Notes under the pieces: generated by a model | Databases searched by the model: none | Told to the model about the DNA's origin: nothing | The model's input: the letters and a program-made list of their open reading frames with translations, nothing else | Part shown: positions 11,802-25,200 of the stretch, piece after piece | How the letters are laid out: the number at the start of each line of letters is the position of its first letter | How positions within the stretch are numbered: the first letter of the stretch is position 1 | Position numbers and translations under genes: made by a program | Assembly: GCF_001949145.1 (NCBI RefSeq) | Contig: NW_019091357.1 | Location: 2,732,558-2,765,747 of the forward strand | Direction: 5' to 3' | From: Acanthaster planci | Taxonomy: Eukaryota | DNA: 33,190 bases

Positions 11802-12280
11802 GTATATATTTTCAAAAAGTGGAAGGACATTTTTTCGAAGTTCGATTTGAAAAAAATTATATTTTTCTGACCCCGATTTTACAAAATACAGTCTTTTCCA
11901 AAGTTCGTTTGTTCGAGACATACATTTTTCAGTTCGTTCGGATGAGATCTATATTTTAAAAAATATTCTTTCTATTTTTTGTAACAAATCGTTTTTACGA
12001 GATATATTTTAATGAGGGTTCTTTGTTATAAGATATATTTTTTCCAAGTTAATTTTCAGGGGATATACATTGTCAGGTGCCAATTTATTCCTAAAAAAAC
12101 AAATACTTTTAAAATATGACTATATACTTTATAAGTTTTTACTATTTAAAATATAAACGAATTTTAAAAACTCCTAAAATCGAACTTGGAAAACCGTATT
12201 TCATAAAAACGAAATTGAAAAAATATACTTCCTAAAAACGAACTTTAAAAAAATATTCTTCACTTCTGGAAAATGTATAC
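11802..12280. mobile_element. AT-rich foldback-like element with long degenerate inverted arms
   Basis: 11802-11907 is approximately the reverse complement of 12181-12280. Arms are built from ~30-bp subunits (aagttcgttt...tatattttt / aaaaatata...aaacgaactt). Confidence 0.65.
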
Positions 12281-13221
12281 ATTATGGCACTTCAGGATTA
12301 CGGTACCATGGTATGATGCTTGTTGTTTTATTTTCACCAGCTTATTTATCACTTACGCTCGACGTCTAGAAACCAGACACTCGTTTGCTGTAGAGTGTGT
12401 GGCACTGTTGGTGAGCTTTGAGGTTAAGGGGATGGTGTTCGATACAGACCCAAATACGCACGCACTTTGTCGATGCCTCTTGCAATCCCAAAGACGTGCA
12501 TCTCGGCAATGGCATGGAGTTGCAAGGAGTGCTCAAACTGATTTGTTCAAACTGAATTAATTGAATTCAAAACCAGTCTTAAATCGTGTACTAGTGGCCT
12601 AGTTCCCACGTTATTGTCAACTTTTATTGCGCCCTCACGAGGTTCCTTACAACAGTATATAATGAGGGGAATTCTTGCGTTGTTATTATTATACGCTATA
12701 AATTTGGACAATTCTTTTTTAAAACTGTGATATTTTCTGTACCGCTGAAACGTATGCCAATGTCTCTTGCTCTTTTTCATCGAAGGATTTATCTTTAGCG
12801 TTCCCTTGCATAAATTTGATTTTGTTTTGTTTTTTTTTTTCTGCTGAGAAGGCAAGTCGTTTATATATTCATTTTCATGCGAGTTTATAATGATAATTGC
12901 AAAAGTAACCATGAAATTAAACATTACGTTTTAATATATTTTCGTATAAAAAGATTTAAGTCAAAGATTGTGTTACCTGTCACCCTCAAACGAGATATTT
13001 CATTGTATAAAAACTGCATATTTACATATATGGGATGATCTTACACGGCAAGCAACAAATAAATATATGAAGCAGTGGGCAGAACGCAGCATGGAACATT
13101 TTGAATATAGGCCTACGTTTTGATAGGTATAGTCTTCAAACTTGTTGGTAAGTCCAGCAAATGCAAATCGGAGAAATTCAAATCCCGAAACAAATTGGAA
13201 TGATCGGAAGCAAGTTATAGT

Positions 13222-16200
13222 CTATATGTTGTCGGCGGCTTGCTGAGCAGCGGCTCGCTTGGCCTGTCGTTTGATGTCCTTCATGTCTTGAGCCTTTCTT
13301 GCATTGTCGACAAAGGTCTGAAAGGGAAACCAACAAAAAGTCTTAAATTAACCCTTGGATCAAATTTACTTTGTGTTAGGGCCGAATTGAGCGTGTCTAT
13401 TATAAAAAGTGATCAAAGTGCATGAAGTGTGAGCGTGATCTTTCAAAACTGCATACGCACAGAAGCTTTTACATATTCATATATATGTATTCATATTCAT
13501 ATTCGAATATGAAAATGTGTAAAAAAATGCAAGCAACAATTTCATTCGATAATCTTTTGTAACAAACATATTTACTCCAACTCCTAGATTACAGCCTATG
13601 CTTTAAGTTGGCTTTTAAAATGCAAACAAACCACCCTACAAGCAAAGGAAAATCTGACAACTGTCGTCCGCGTGAATTTTTCTGAGGGAAAATCGAACTA
13701 CAAGAGCATAAACATGGATTTGAGCTAAAAATAGCAGCATGCATATTCATGACAACAATGTTGCGCAATAGACAAGAAAGCAACAGCGACGAGTCACACC
13801 AGCGTGCTATTCTCAGAAGATATATCATTCTGCTTTTAGGAAGACCCTATCAATAATGTTGAGTTTCTTTCGGTTGAATGAGCGACGAACGAATGAAAGC
13901 ATCCTTGGAATGTGGGTGTGTTCCCCATGCTGCGTTCATGTGTCCTATTCCTATTCAATGGAGTCGCTGATGTGTGTCTCCATATAAAGAGCTTTCTGAG
14001 TAACGGAAAACCGTCCAGGGTCTTCACTTGCGCCGAGTGCTTCTGCTTGCACATCGCTCTGGGCTCTTGCATCTCTGTTGCATGAACTTATTACGATAGA
14101 TCTTGGATTATTCGTCTTCTCCAGAATTATGCAAGTAATCCATTTTTAAGCCAGCGATGTTAAAATGAAGGATGCAAAAGGCAAAAGTTTAGCCCAAGGC
14201 TTCAAGAACTGACTCTTTTTCGTCAGCTTATGGCACTATGGCCACCCAGTGCAGCCTTGTTGGTTCTGAAGCTAGCTAGTCTTCAGACAACACTTAAATA
14301 ACAGTCATTTGCATGCGAGACAACCTTCGATGCTTCTCAACTCGAGGCACCTGTGAAACATGAATCTCTGGGAGACAAAGAGAGAGCCAGAGAGAGATCT
14401 AGAAGTTGAAGGACTCCGAGGCTCCGTCTGATTTCAAGCTCCCATCCCTAATCCTGCTAACATTAACAGTACGTTACAGGTAAACACTGCTCCTTTATCC
14501 ACACATCTCTATTTTTACTTTGTCTTTGTTCAGTATTACTGCATTGTGAAACCCCCTCTCCCACGCTGTATTCCTTGTTTTCTGTGTTGCTCCGTTCAGT
14601 GTTCATTCAATAGAATCACACTGTTTTTCATGCGAGTGAGCGAAGCGAAGCAGCATGAAATTCCCCTTGTTACCATGAGGTCCTTGCTCATGTAATACGG
14701 CCTAGTGATGCCATCATTCCGCTCACAGTCCTCACAGAAACACAGGAACAACGTGTCAATGGCCATCTACAACAAAAAGAATCACAGGTCCATTTTGGAA
14801 CATCGGTGCTACTGCCAAAAAACAATAACTGAGTTCAAATTTGCTCATTGTAATAATTGTAAGATTTCAAAAGCATATGAACATCCACCGAATCAAGGTA
14901 AATATGAGAATCCAAAACGATTAATTTGTTTTAGCTGATACATCGAAATAGTGTTTCAACTGCTGTGTTTGACGTGTACTCTATACTGCAAATTCATGTG
15001 AAATCAAGAGAATGTCCGCAAGGGTCTAACGCATGAAATCATTCTGTTTCATGGAAATTGAGTCTACTTTGAAAGTGAAAGTACCTCATACACCGACAGG
15101 AATATATGACTGAGGAGGAAGGCGAAGATGGCGGCCAACGTGATCGGCACAAAGTCATAATGAACGTCAGCCTTATCCTGCAATGTAAACGAACACATGG
15201 CATTGAACTACGAAAGGAACTCAAGCTGACATTTGTTGGCAATAAAAAGTAAGGATGTCTTGTTTTCAAAGAAACTCTTCATTTCGTGCAACCAACGGTG
15301 GTCTTCTTGCGCGAACCAAGGCGTTTTGTCATGCTACACGTGCCTAGTTCACCCACCCAGACACGCTGGGAAGGGGAGTGTCGTCTTGAAAAAAGAATAG
15401 ATAATGAGGGGATACCCCCCCCACACCCCTGATATTGACGTCACGTGAAAGATCAGTTGAAAAGCGTGACGTTTGCGTCATTCTTTTCTTTGCTTATCAA
15501 TTTTAATAACATGTTTATCACTTCACACCACCGTGCATTCACGATACTGTAAACTCAGTATTTGCCCGAGGGCTTGTGAAACACTTCACAAGCTTACTCG
15601 GGTGGGACTCGAACCCATGACCTCCTGCTTACTAGTGCAGACATCTTAATTAACCACTCGACCACTGAGCTTGTCGGAGTCGGATATAATTTTTTTTCTT
15701 CTTCCTTAGGGGCGGGGCATGGGAAATGACCCTTGACATTTCCTTTACTACGCCGCTTTGAATCATTGACATATTTATCTGGAAAAATCGTATAACAACC
15801 GCTCACATATGTAGGTCATCACGAATTTAGTTTTGAAACAAGATAAAGATGGTTTTTAATTCACAATTCATGTATTACATTTCACAGTCTTTGTAATGCT
15901 TTTAAACCGACTGACCTTTAAGAGTTGCATACCGATAACCACCACCGCAGCCACCACCGTCGCCTTGCCGAGCAGGAGCACAAAATCCCCCACGGAGTTG
16001 ATGGCGGCCACGCGCAGGGCGTTGGACACGATGAGGGTGAAAGCCTTCCGGGCAGCCTTGCAGAAACTGTAACCGTAAATTGCTGTACCGGGTGGTAAAA
16101 AAAAATCAGTAAAAACACGCCTGGGGGGCATTAGATTTTCATAAGCAACCATGACTTTGAAATCACGTGCTGAAAGAAGTGAGACGTTCGCGCTCTTTCG

Positions 16201-19200
16201 AACTTTGGATTATTTGTTTTTTAAGCCTTGGCAACAAGGCACACAAAAACTTGAAAATGAAAGCCACAGTGCCAAAACATATTTCAAAATATGTGAATAA
16301 TATTCCTTGACGTTCAAGGTAATTGTTAAGAATGTACACTTATTAATGTATCAATGCCTACAGTTGTTGAATACGTAAGGTATAGGCCTACTTTTTAAAT
16401 ATATCAATATATTTTGACCATACCGATTTCGATATAGGCATTTCTGTTGATGTAGCGGAGAACTTTTTCAAACAGCCACAGACAACACTGAAGGCACTTT
16501 AAGATGTATGCTACAATATCGCTCTGCGAATGCCGGAGCCTGTGGGGAGAGCATGAAAGGAATCTGGTATAATTAACTGAAGGTGCAAGTAAGCGTTCTG
16601 TCGAATCTGGCACTATATTTTGGAATAGAGTATCGACGCCTCCTGTCAGTTCCACGTCCTTATTAAACCAGGATGGCAAAAATGATGTCACTGCGCGGAC
16701 TCCGTATTAGCCAGTACAGTCGACAGTGACAAGAAATCAGGGTTTGACCACAGAGGTCTCGCTCTCTCTCTATATATAGTTCTATGGGCGTGACAGACGA
16801 CTTGCGCCCAAGTAAAGACGTGCACTATTAGTTCTACGCATTTAACCGAGATAAGTGTATTATACATGCAGCTTCTTCTAATGCCACAACGCTGCTTCTC
16901 TCAAATCCTTCGATTACCAAAAGGGCTTCCAGTGTTATACACACCTGGATTGAATATAGCCGAGTATGATGCGAGCCAGCATGACCAGTGCAATAATGAG
17001 GGAACCAAAGGCTAGAGATCCCAGATGATACCTGTAGGGATAACAAAGGAGACATGTTAGTCATGTATTTTCCATGGTATTCCTAACAATGCTTGTCACA
17101 TTGCCTTTCTCCTTGACACAAACTTGACACTGTTTTGATTTTGTTCGAGAGGTTTCCCTTCCTCTCTTTTTTTTTTTGTTTGTTTACTTTGTCATCATTT
17201 TGTAAGTCCCTCTGTTGACCGTCCGTCATAATGCTCCCAATATGGTGGGGAAAAGCTGACCGTCACACAACGACACCTTCACATGGAGTGGCTTTCCGAT
17301 GCCTTTGAGGGCGCTATACCCCTATGTTCTCAAATTTTCAGGTGAATGTCGGCCATTTCCCATATGCCAGCCAGTTTAATCTCCGGTTGGGCTTCGTCTT
17401 CGCCTCCTTGATCATTTTGCCAATCACAATCAAGTTCCTTCCCCCCAAAATATGTACCGATATGCCCAGATAATTAGTCTCTTAAGTCAGCTGCCTGTAA
17501 TCACATGGCCGGACCCCGAAAGCCAAACCCGCACAAGAGGCACTAGTGCGAAATATAATAATATCGGTGCACCTGATGATGCGCTTGATAGATTGGAGGA
17601 TGGGCCACCTGAGTTGGCTCTTGTCCCGAGCAAAGAACCAGGCTGCCACAGCGCCCGCTATGGCGCACTGTTGACAGGCGACCAGGAACTGGGAGCCCCA
17701 AAGAAGGCCGAAGAGATGGTACCACCACATGTACTGTGGGGAGAGAAATCCAGAGGACTTTCAGAAACGTTGGTGGTCATGTTGGCTATTAACTACGGTG
17801 GCTATGAAGCTACGCCACATTCGCCAATTTCTTGTACGGGTCGCATATTTGTCCGTCTACGTTTGCACGATGTAGGGGCGCAAAGCAATCACGTGTCTAC
17901 GACAGCAGAGCTTTGGCACAAAACGAAATTTAAAAAAAACCCTGGATTTGAATTATTCCATGCATAAACTACTTACCGGTCCCAATGCGTCGGCTTTGTA
18001 TATGACAAAACCGGTCTCGCTGTCAAGTTCAGGTTTGCCAGCCGTCACGAGGTACAAATACACGAAGCCCCAGTAGGCGCACAGAACCACCATGGCAAGA
18101 ATCGTCTACATTAAAAACACAAATAAAACCTCCAATAAGACAGTTCGGTATTTCAAGAAAGCAAGGTCATCCGGGAACAAGCACGCGCGCGTGTAGGCGT
18201 AGAGCTGCGCCGATAGGGCAGACGTTGCACGCGCGTCCGGATGACCTCGGACACGCTTCATGTTGGGCATGCGCTGTTGGAATACCGAACTGGCTCAAGC
18301 AAGTCTTTGGGGCCACTCTTTCTATATCTGCAATACAAAGACGAGACTGTCAAAGGGATATAAAAGTCGAACCTCCATGAAAACCTCTCAGATATTTCGG
18401 TGCAAGGAGCATATTCAGCGTCCATTTTCCTGAATCGTTCTTTGATGTTGCGAGGTCAATTTCCGGAGTACTGTTCTCAAATGGCAAACATATTCGAACA
18501 TGTACCTTTCACGTGTAACATCTAAAATTAAGATTAATATTTTATTCCTGGTTGGCTTAACTTGTGTATTTAAGACTGTTAAAGTTTCTTATTGGTTTAA
18601 GTCGATTTTAAATTGGTAATTTTTTATCTAAGTTTTACTTTGTTATAATCATTCTGATTTTTTGTATGTAAAGCGCCCAGAGCGTCAATTCAGGTGGATT
18701 TGGCGCTATAGTCAAGAACTGTTATTATTATTATCATTATTTCGCAAGAGGTATAATCGCAACTTACCCAGATGGGTTGAAGTAGTAGGAACGGTATACA
18801 TGCGATTGCCTTGCCAGCTTCCTTGAACAATGCCACCACGAGGGCAATGCGCTTACGCATGACGAGCAGTACCAACAGTAGAATGACCTAGGGGAAAGAT
18901 GCTGAGAAGGGTTAAATTGAATGTAAACAGAGGTTTTGATTCGTTGCCTTGCATTTAAAAAAGTTGGAAATATCAATCAGGTTGAGGAAATCCAATTTTG
19001 CCCAGATTAAAAAAAAATGCAAGGAACATAAATTTTCTGGAGCAAATCTTTAAGCAGGCCAGGTGGCTCACCGTGACTCCAGTGGCGATCCCAGCGTAGG
19101 TCAACATGGTTTTGACGGTGTGCTCTTGATCATCCTTCGCAGCTGAAAAGCAGAAACCATCATACACAGTTAGGCAAAGCGCGTACTGTATGCGATCACA

Positions 19201-22200
19201 TATATCTCTCAGGACTTGTCTGTAAGTCTTTTGACGAGCAACAAATGAGAGTCTGCGCAGTGATGAAACCCTCACTTTGCCCGCGCACTGCAAATTTCGC
19301 GCACCAATTTCGATTGGTCAACGAAATGCAAACTCTTGGAGGCCCACTATTGTGAATCGTCCGTCTTTCCAACATCACGCCGCAAATCAATGCGAAACGG
19401 TCCCAATGTCTGATTTTGTGCACAACGGACAGATTCGGCTTACCAACAAAGTCCGCTGAATCTTCCTCTGATTTCTTGTATGAGTCATATAATCGTACAC
19501 AACCGAGGACAGATTACCAAGACCTCTTGTCCTCCGGTGTTGTTCTGTTATTCGATATCCCCTGTAGCTATGCATACCATAAAACGCACACATCAAACCT
19601 CCACTAAGGCTGCATCCGAATCTGTTGTCTAGAGCTAGGTCTAGGTCTTCGCTCCATTAGAAATGTGTGGAGACGCGCAGTCAATTGACCTAGCCGTAGC
19701 TCTGGAAGCCCGTTTCGGACACGGCCTAACTCACCGTCAGCTGGCAGCGCATCGAGCACTGATTTCTCCTGCCACCATCGGTACCACAGGTACCCGGTCC
19801 CGCCCAGGCTCCCGAACACGAAGACAAACACCGTGGTCCAGATAAGGACACCCGCGAAAAACCGCAGCAAGATCAGCACTGCTATGGCCAAACCTGTAGA
19901 ACGGGGAGGGGGGAGCTGGGTCAGAACACCGCGTTGGGATTCACGCAAAAAAGTGAATATCCAATGGGAAATTTTGAGAAGCTTGGTGGCGGCGAACATA
20001 CTGGTTCTTTTTACCGGTTCTGAGCTTGCGCGCGTTGTTCTGAGCATGCGTACATAGTTCTGATCACACGCAGTACTGTGGCTGCATCCGAATCTGTTGT
20101 CTAGACCTACGTCTAGGTCTTCGCTCCATTGGAAATGAGTGGAGACGCGTAGACAATAGGCCTAGCCGTAGCTCTGGAAGCCCGTTTCGGACACAGCCTA
20201 TGACCATGAAAAGGGACCGGCTTGTCTCCTGCCACCAGCGTCTCAAGGTCGCCCATAGGGTACAATCACGGAAACATTCGATAGATAAAGGCGACTTTTT
20301 CCTAACACTCGAGGTTCGTAAGAGAGATAAGGGGGAAAAGCAAAGCATAAGGGAAATAAGAGCCTTACCAAAGGAAATTAAACAAAGGTAGAGTATTTCG
20401 CGCCATGAATTTTCAACATCCGCCACAGCTCTCTGGAATGGCAAAAATGAAAGTTCATTTCCTTTATTTGTTGTAACTTCTCACTCTCCTAGGAAATCAT
20501 AGTTAAATTTTACGGTACAAGGAATACGTATTGCACTATTAGTCTGTCACAATGCATAGCATCCCTTAGGATAAAGTTCCTGTCCATAGAAAGCCATATC
20601 AGGTAATAAGCCCCTATACCCGAATCATGGATAATTTCGATTATCAACTTTAACTTAATTGATTCAATCAATGTAGTACATGTAATCAAAATAACAGGTG
20701 AACACCTGTCTACTGACTCGGGTTATTATAAGCAGTCAGACCTCCTGGAAATGCCTTACCTTTAACCATTCGGCGTCTAACAAGGAAGACGCGATACCAA
20801 CGGCAGTTGACGGGATACAACGATTGAAAATCGGAGTGCTGTTCATCAAGCAGAACAAGGAACAGAGAGATTGTTTTACATGGGAAAAAATTAATACCTG
20901 GCATTAATCCAGAATGTTGTACATACTTTCTACTTAATTCAGCCCGCAAAAGGTCGATGCATACTCTGTCTCACCTGACGTCCACGGGCGTCGATGGGCA
21001 AGCGGCCAGGGCGCCTTGCTCGGCCGCGGCGTAGTCCTCAGCCGCCAGGTTGTAATCGCACAGGAAGATGGACCTGTTCAGGGCCAGCTCAACGAGGTCG
21101 TTTTTAGTCAGGAGGACAACATCCGGGCACTCCGACACACAAAGTAACTTGGTTGTAGTGGTCGGGTTTGCAACGGCTTCCGGGTTGAAAGTGAACACAT
21201 ACCTTTAGAAGATGGATTAAAGAAATAGATCGCTCCTAATAAACCCTCCTAAACGCAATTTCGATAATGTTCGAGAAAAAACACATCTGCGAAAATAAAG
21301 TCAAAAGGCCATCAGTTCATTGAGTGGACGATCAGTCCTGAAAAGGGAAAACAGCAGTTTTCTGGTTTTGGATGCCCAGGAAAAGGAATTATTCCCCTTT
21401 TAAATTTAAGTAAATTACATTGCGCATCAATTCTTTCTCAATAAACATTACAAACTTTAATACTCAAAGGAACAGGTGCATTACGGTTTATCGATCAGAT
21501 TTTGTCCCGACATGTTGACCCCGGCGATCGCAGTGTTGCTCTTGCCGCAGACGTTCCCGTAGCTATCGGCGCCGTAGATGATCCGTTCGGGCTGGCCGTC
21601 GAGGAGTGACACCACGGCAACGTAACCCTGGAGACCAGAATGACGGAAGAAATCGTCCGGACATGAAGTTCTTGACGCGACCTTCCATAATTTTTGTCTA
21701 TGTAGAGGGGTCTTGGTATAACCACGACACCACGATGCATTCTTATTCGGACCTGGTCTAGGAAAACTTGACGCTGCTCGTCATTCAATGTCAAAGATCA
21801 TTCCACAGGCGTCAAATTATGTCCTTGGACTTTTCCATAATGAATTAAGACGTGAAACGCAGATAATTATCTTCGATTCTTTTCACACATTAAACCGCTT
21901 CTAGTGCATCGTATACTTAGAAAAGAATTCATTATTTAAATTGTTTTAAGTGAGCGCCTTGTAAAACTTGGACCCCTGTTTGCCAGTGTCACAGTTTTTC
22001 CACGAGCCATTCAAATTGTTGGCAAATTTTGCATTGGCCAGCGTTACAACCGTTTGTTCTTTGCTGGGGAATTGTTATCTTTATTTACCATTCCAACCCA
22101 GAAGGCCAAGAAGAGAATAAGACAGATCACGTCACGGCAGCTGCGGTCGTCAAGGGGGCCGTCAAAGCCATCATCAACTACTTCCACTGTGTCATCCTGC

Positions 22201-25200
22201 AACAATTCATGATAAGAAATTACACAGATCTACGTATGAACCAAATCACGGCCAAAATTATAATTGAAGGTTACGTCAATTTCAACAATCCTCCACCCTT
22301 CCGATATGCAGCAATGTGGTTTTGGAGAATTTTGCAGGACTAAGCAAGAACAAAATTGAGCCACATTTGAACATTATTTTGTGATGCCCCTAGAAAGAAC
22401 AAGGATTTGGTCTCCAAAGCGGAAGATTGGTTTCCATGCCGCTAAGACGGCAACTATTGTTTGCAGCAGGTACTGTATATTAACCCTAATGAACGATTCC
22501 CGCTCTGAACATGTGCACAGAGCACCCAGTGTTGATGGGGCTTGATGGAATTTGTCCACCGTACAAATCCATCAAAATCTGTTCAAAAAAATCACAGGCT
22601 TTCGAAAAGCATTTGACATTTCTCTGCTGGGGGAAGCAACAGCTGATGGGCCGTGGAAGACAGATGAGCCGTTTATAGCCAGCAAGNTTTATATCTGATC
22701 ATCCAACAGCGCATTTAGCGCCAATTACAGGATGATAATGAGGTAAAAAGACACTGAAGAAAATCTGCTCAGTTTTAGAGGTGGGAGGAGAACCTCCAGA
22801 TAAATGTTTCGGGGAACACCCACGGATTCAGGTAGTGAAAACCCAATCCACATGTGGACCGAGCTGGAATCGAACCCAGACCCCCAGAGGTGGAAGGCGA
22901 GGAAAGAAACAGCTGACTCCCCTGCCGCTCAATGCCGCTCAACGATGGCATATCGGAGGGCAGAATGTTGGAATTCGTTATCATTGTCGCCATCCACTCG
23001 ATGGATCTCGGGAAGACAAGATTTTTGTATCAGAATTATGACCAGCTGTAGATTAACATGCTTTTGTCTCACTGTGCGGACATGTCTCCTTGAGTATACA
23101 TGTACATGCGCAACGTGCTATAGAGGGTTTGCGTGGCTGCCATCTCGCAGGCCAGTGCTCTTGTTCCACAGGGTATGAACAAAGGAGGCTTCACTGAGGA
23201 ACAAAAGCACTGCCCAGCAAGATGGCTACCACGCAAAGCCTCTATAGGCACTAGGGTCTACTGGACACAACACAGCAGGACTTGTTTCTGTTTTTTTAAT
23301 TGTCGATTCCAAGCAGGTTTCAGCTCCAGAACATGAAGTTCAACAGTCCCTATTGCACTTGACGGTGGAAAATCAGAGGATAGAAGACTGTTATTTTATA
23401 TTATTCATTGGTATGTCTCTTGTATCGTCATCTGGAAATAAAGTAATGCATACCACCGCAAGACTGGCTTCGTTCATGTTGGCCTTCTCCGCTTTCTCTG
23501 AAATCTTTTGATCATCATTTGGACTTGTCGTGGAATATTTTATGCTCATCCCTTCTCTGCGTCCTTCTCTCAAACAGCGCAAGCGTAAAGCCACCGTCAC
23601 ATCCTCAAGGCCACCGGCGCATTGGTTTAAGCTTAATGTCGAGCCAGAGATCTTAGTGTGGGATGCGAAAGTTTTGTATGCGTGATCCGTTTCTATAATG
23701 CGCGTTTTGTTTCCATGGTTTGTGTTCGAAGCGCGCGCGTTTTGATGATAGGGCGTGTGTAAAGAAACAATGGCCTGCAAAGAAGTTTCTGTTACGTCAC
23801 TGTATAATTTCAAAAAATCCAACGACGCCAGGTGACGGTTACATCACAATACACGTACATGCCATCAAATTATTGACGTCACCGAAAAAGGTATTAAAGC
23901 GATATAACAATGAAAAAAGCACTCACACAATTGTTATCGATTCACTTGTTTCCAAATCGGTTTTGGAGTTTGAACTGAACACAATATACCGTCTAAGCAT
24001 GTGATTTAATCACACATTGTAATTAAGACTTGACTTCACGGTCAATGAGGGGGAAAATTAAGTGCAGGACAGGGAAATCACAAAAAAGCAAAAACAAGGC
24101 CAGAGAGAGCTCAAATCGGGCGACTTCAAAATGTTTGGTTTACCTAAACCAATTATGTTACTTTTATGCCTTGAGGGATTATTGCTACTGAAACCACTGC
24201 ACTCTGCTTAAATGCCGTTGTCAGGTGCGGTGCAGTGCTGACGGCAGATAGGCCTGTAGATGATTGCAACCTGATGCATACATCATATGCACATTAGACT
24301 AATGGGATACGACAGAGCACAGCGCAATTACATAAAGACGTCCCCAATCAATTCGTCACAGGTGCCAACGAGCTTGCGGTTAGACTTCATACCAGTCCAT
24401 TCAAATGACCAGTCCGTGCTTGTCAACCGCCAAATTCAGAATATTTACAGAAGATGCTGCACAAAGGTTGCAACATATGTAGAATTTCCAAAGATGTACT
24501 TTATCCGGGGTGAGTTTAATATTTAGTTGTAGGTTTGGGCCTTACACCAACGTGTTCAGAGCATGCGTAGAATTGTTCTTCTGCAGTTCTGCACTCAATG
24601 GGCCACGCACTGACAACGTCACACTCTGTTGACGTGTGCAATCTCCCTTGAACTTTCCAGCCCCCCAGTGAGAGCCCACGGTCCACGTTGAGCACCACAG
24701 ACAAGGCACACGCGTAAACAAAGTGTGCAGGCCTCAGCATGCAGAAGTCGTGTTTTTATACTTCCTAAACAGCTGGGGAAAAGCCGCTCTATGATACGAT
24801 CGTATGTGAAGTGAACCATGATGACAGATTCATTGAGCCGCCTTTTCTGTTTCAATAATCAGCCAAAAATCAGGAATCCAGGCACAACATAGGATTACCG
24901 GATTCAAGGGGCTGCACAGGGACTGGACGACTCGAAATCCACTAGGCCTACGCTAATTTTCAAAGCTGCAATGACCTCGTGTAGAAATCTAAGTTACTTT
25001 TGATTTGTGAATAAAAAGACTTATTACTCTGTAATTCGTGTCGTTTCGATACTCAGCAAAGAAGGGATGAACCAGAATGAGGATTAAGTATGTTAAAGTA
25101 TGGTTCATTATATCTCCATCTCACTAGTCTGTCATGTCAACTCAATTCATTTAATTTTAAACAAAGCAAACATGACTATCGCAACCAGAGTATCTTTTGG

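Noticed and set aside
15594..15677. Functional tRNA-Thr gene
   Set aside because: A and B boxes are present, but the anticodon and acceptor stems are imperfect, the D-region has extra bases and a non-tRNA body follows. It fits a SINE head.
17452..17967. 171-aa + strand ORF (likewise 51..539 - and 10589..11107 -)
   Set aside because: Antisense shadows of real GC-rich exons; no recognisable domain.
19604..20200. Repeated peptide VRNGLPELRLG...QQIRMQP in two ORFs
   Set aside because: Read-through of ORFs into two intronic MITE copies; not protein.
20200..20260. Apparent duplicated CTL1 exon fragment (RRWWQETS vs YRWWQEKS)
   Set aside because: The sequence is the right arm of the ggtggcagcagac MITE; the peptide similarity is coincidental.
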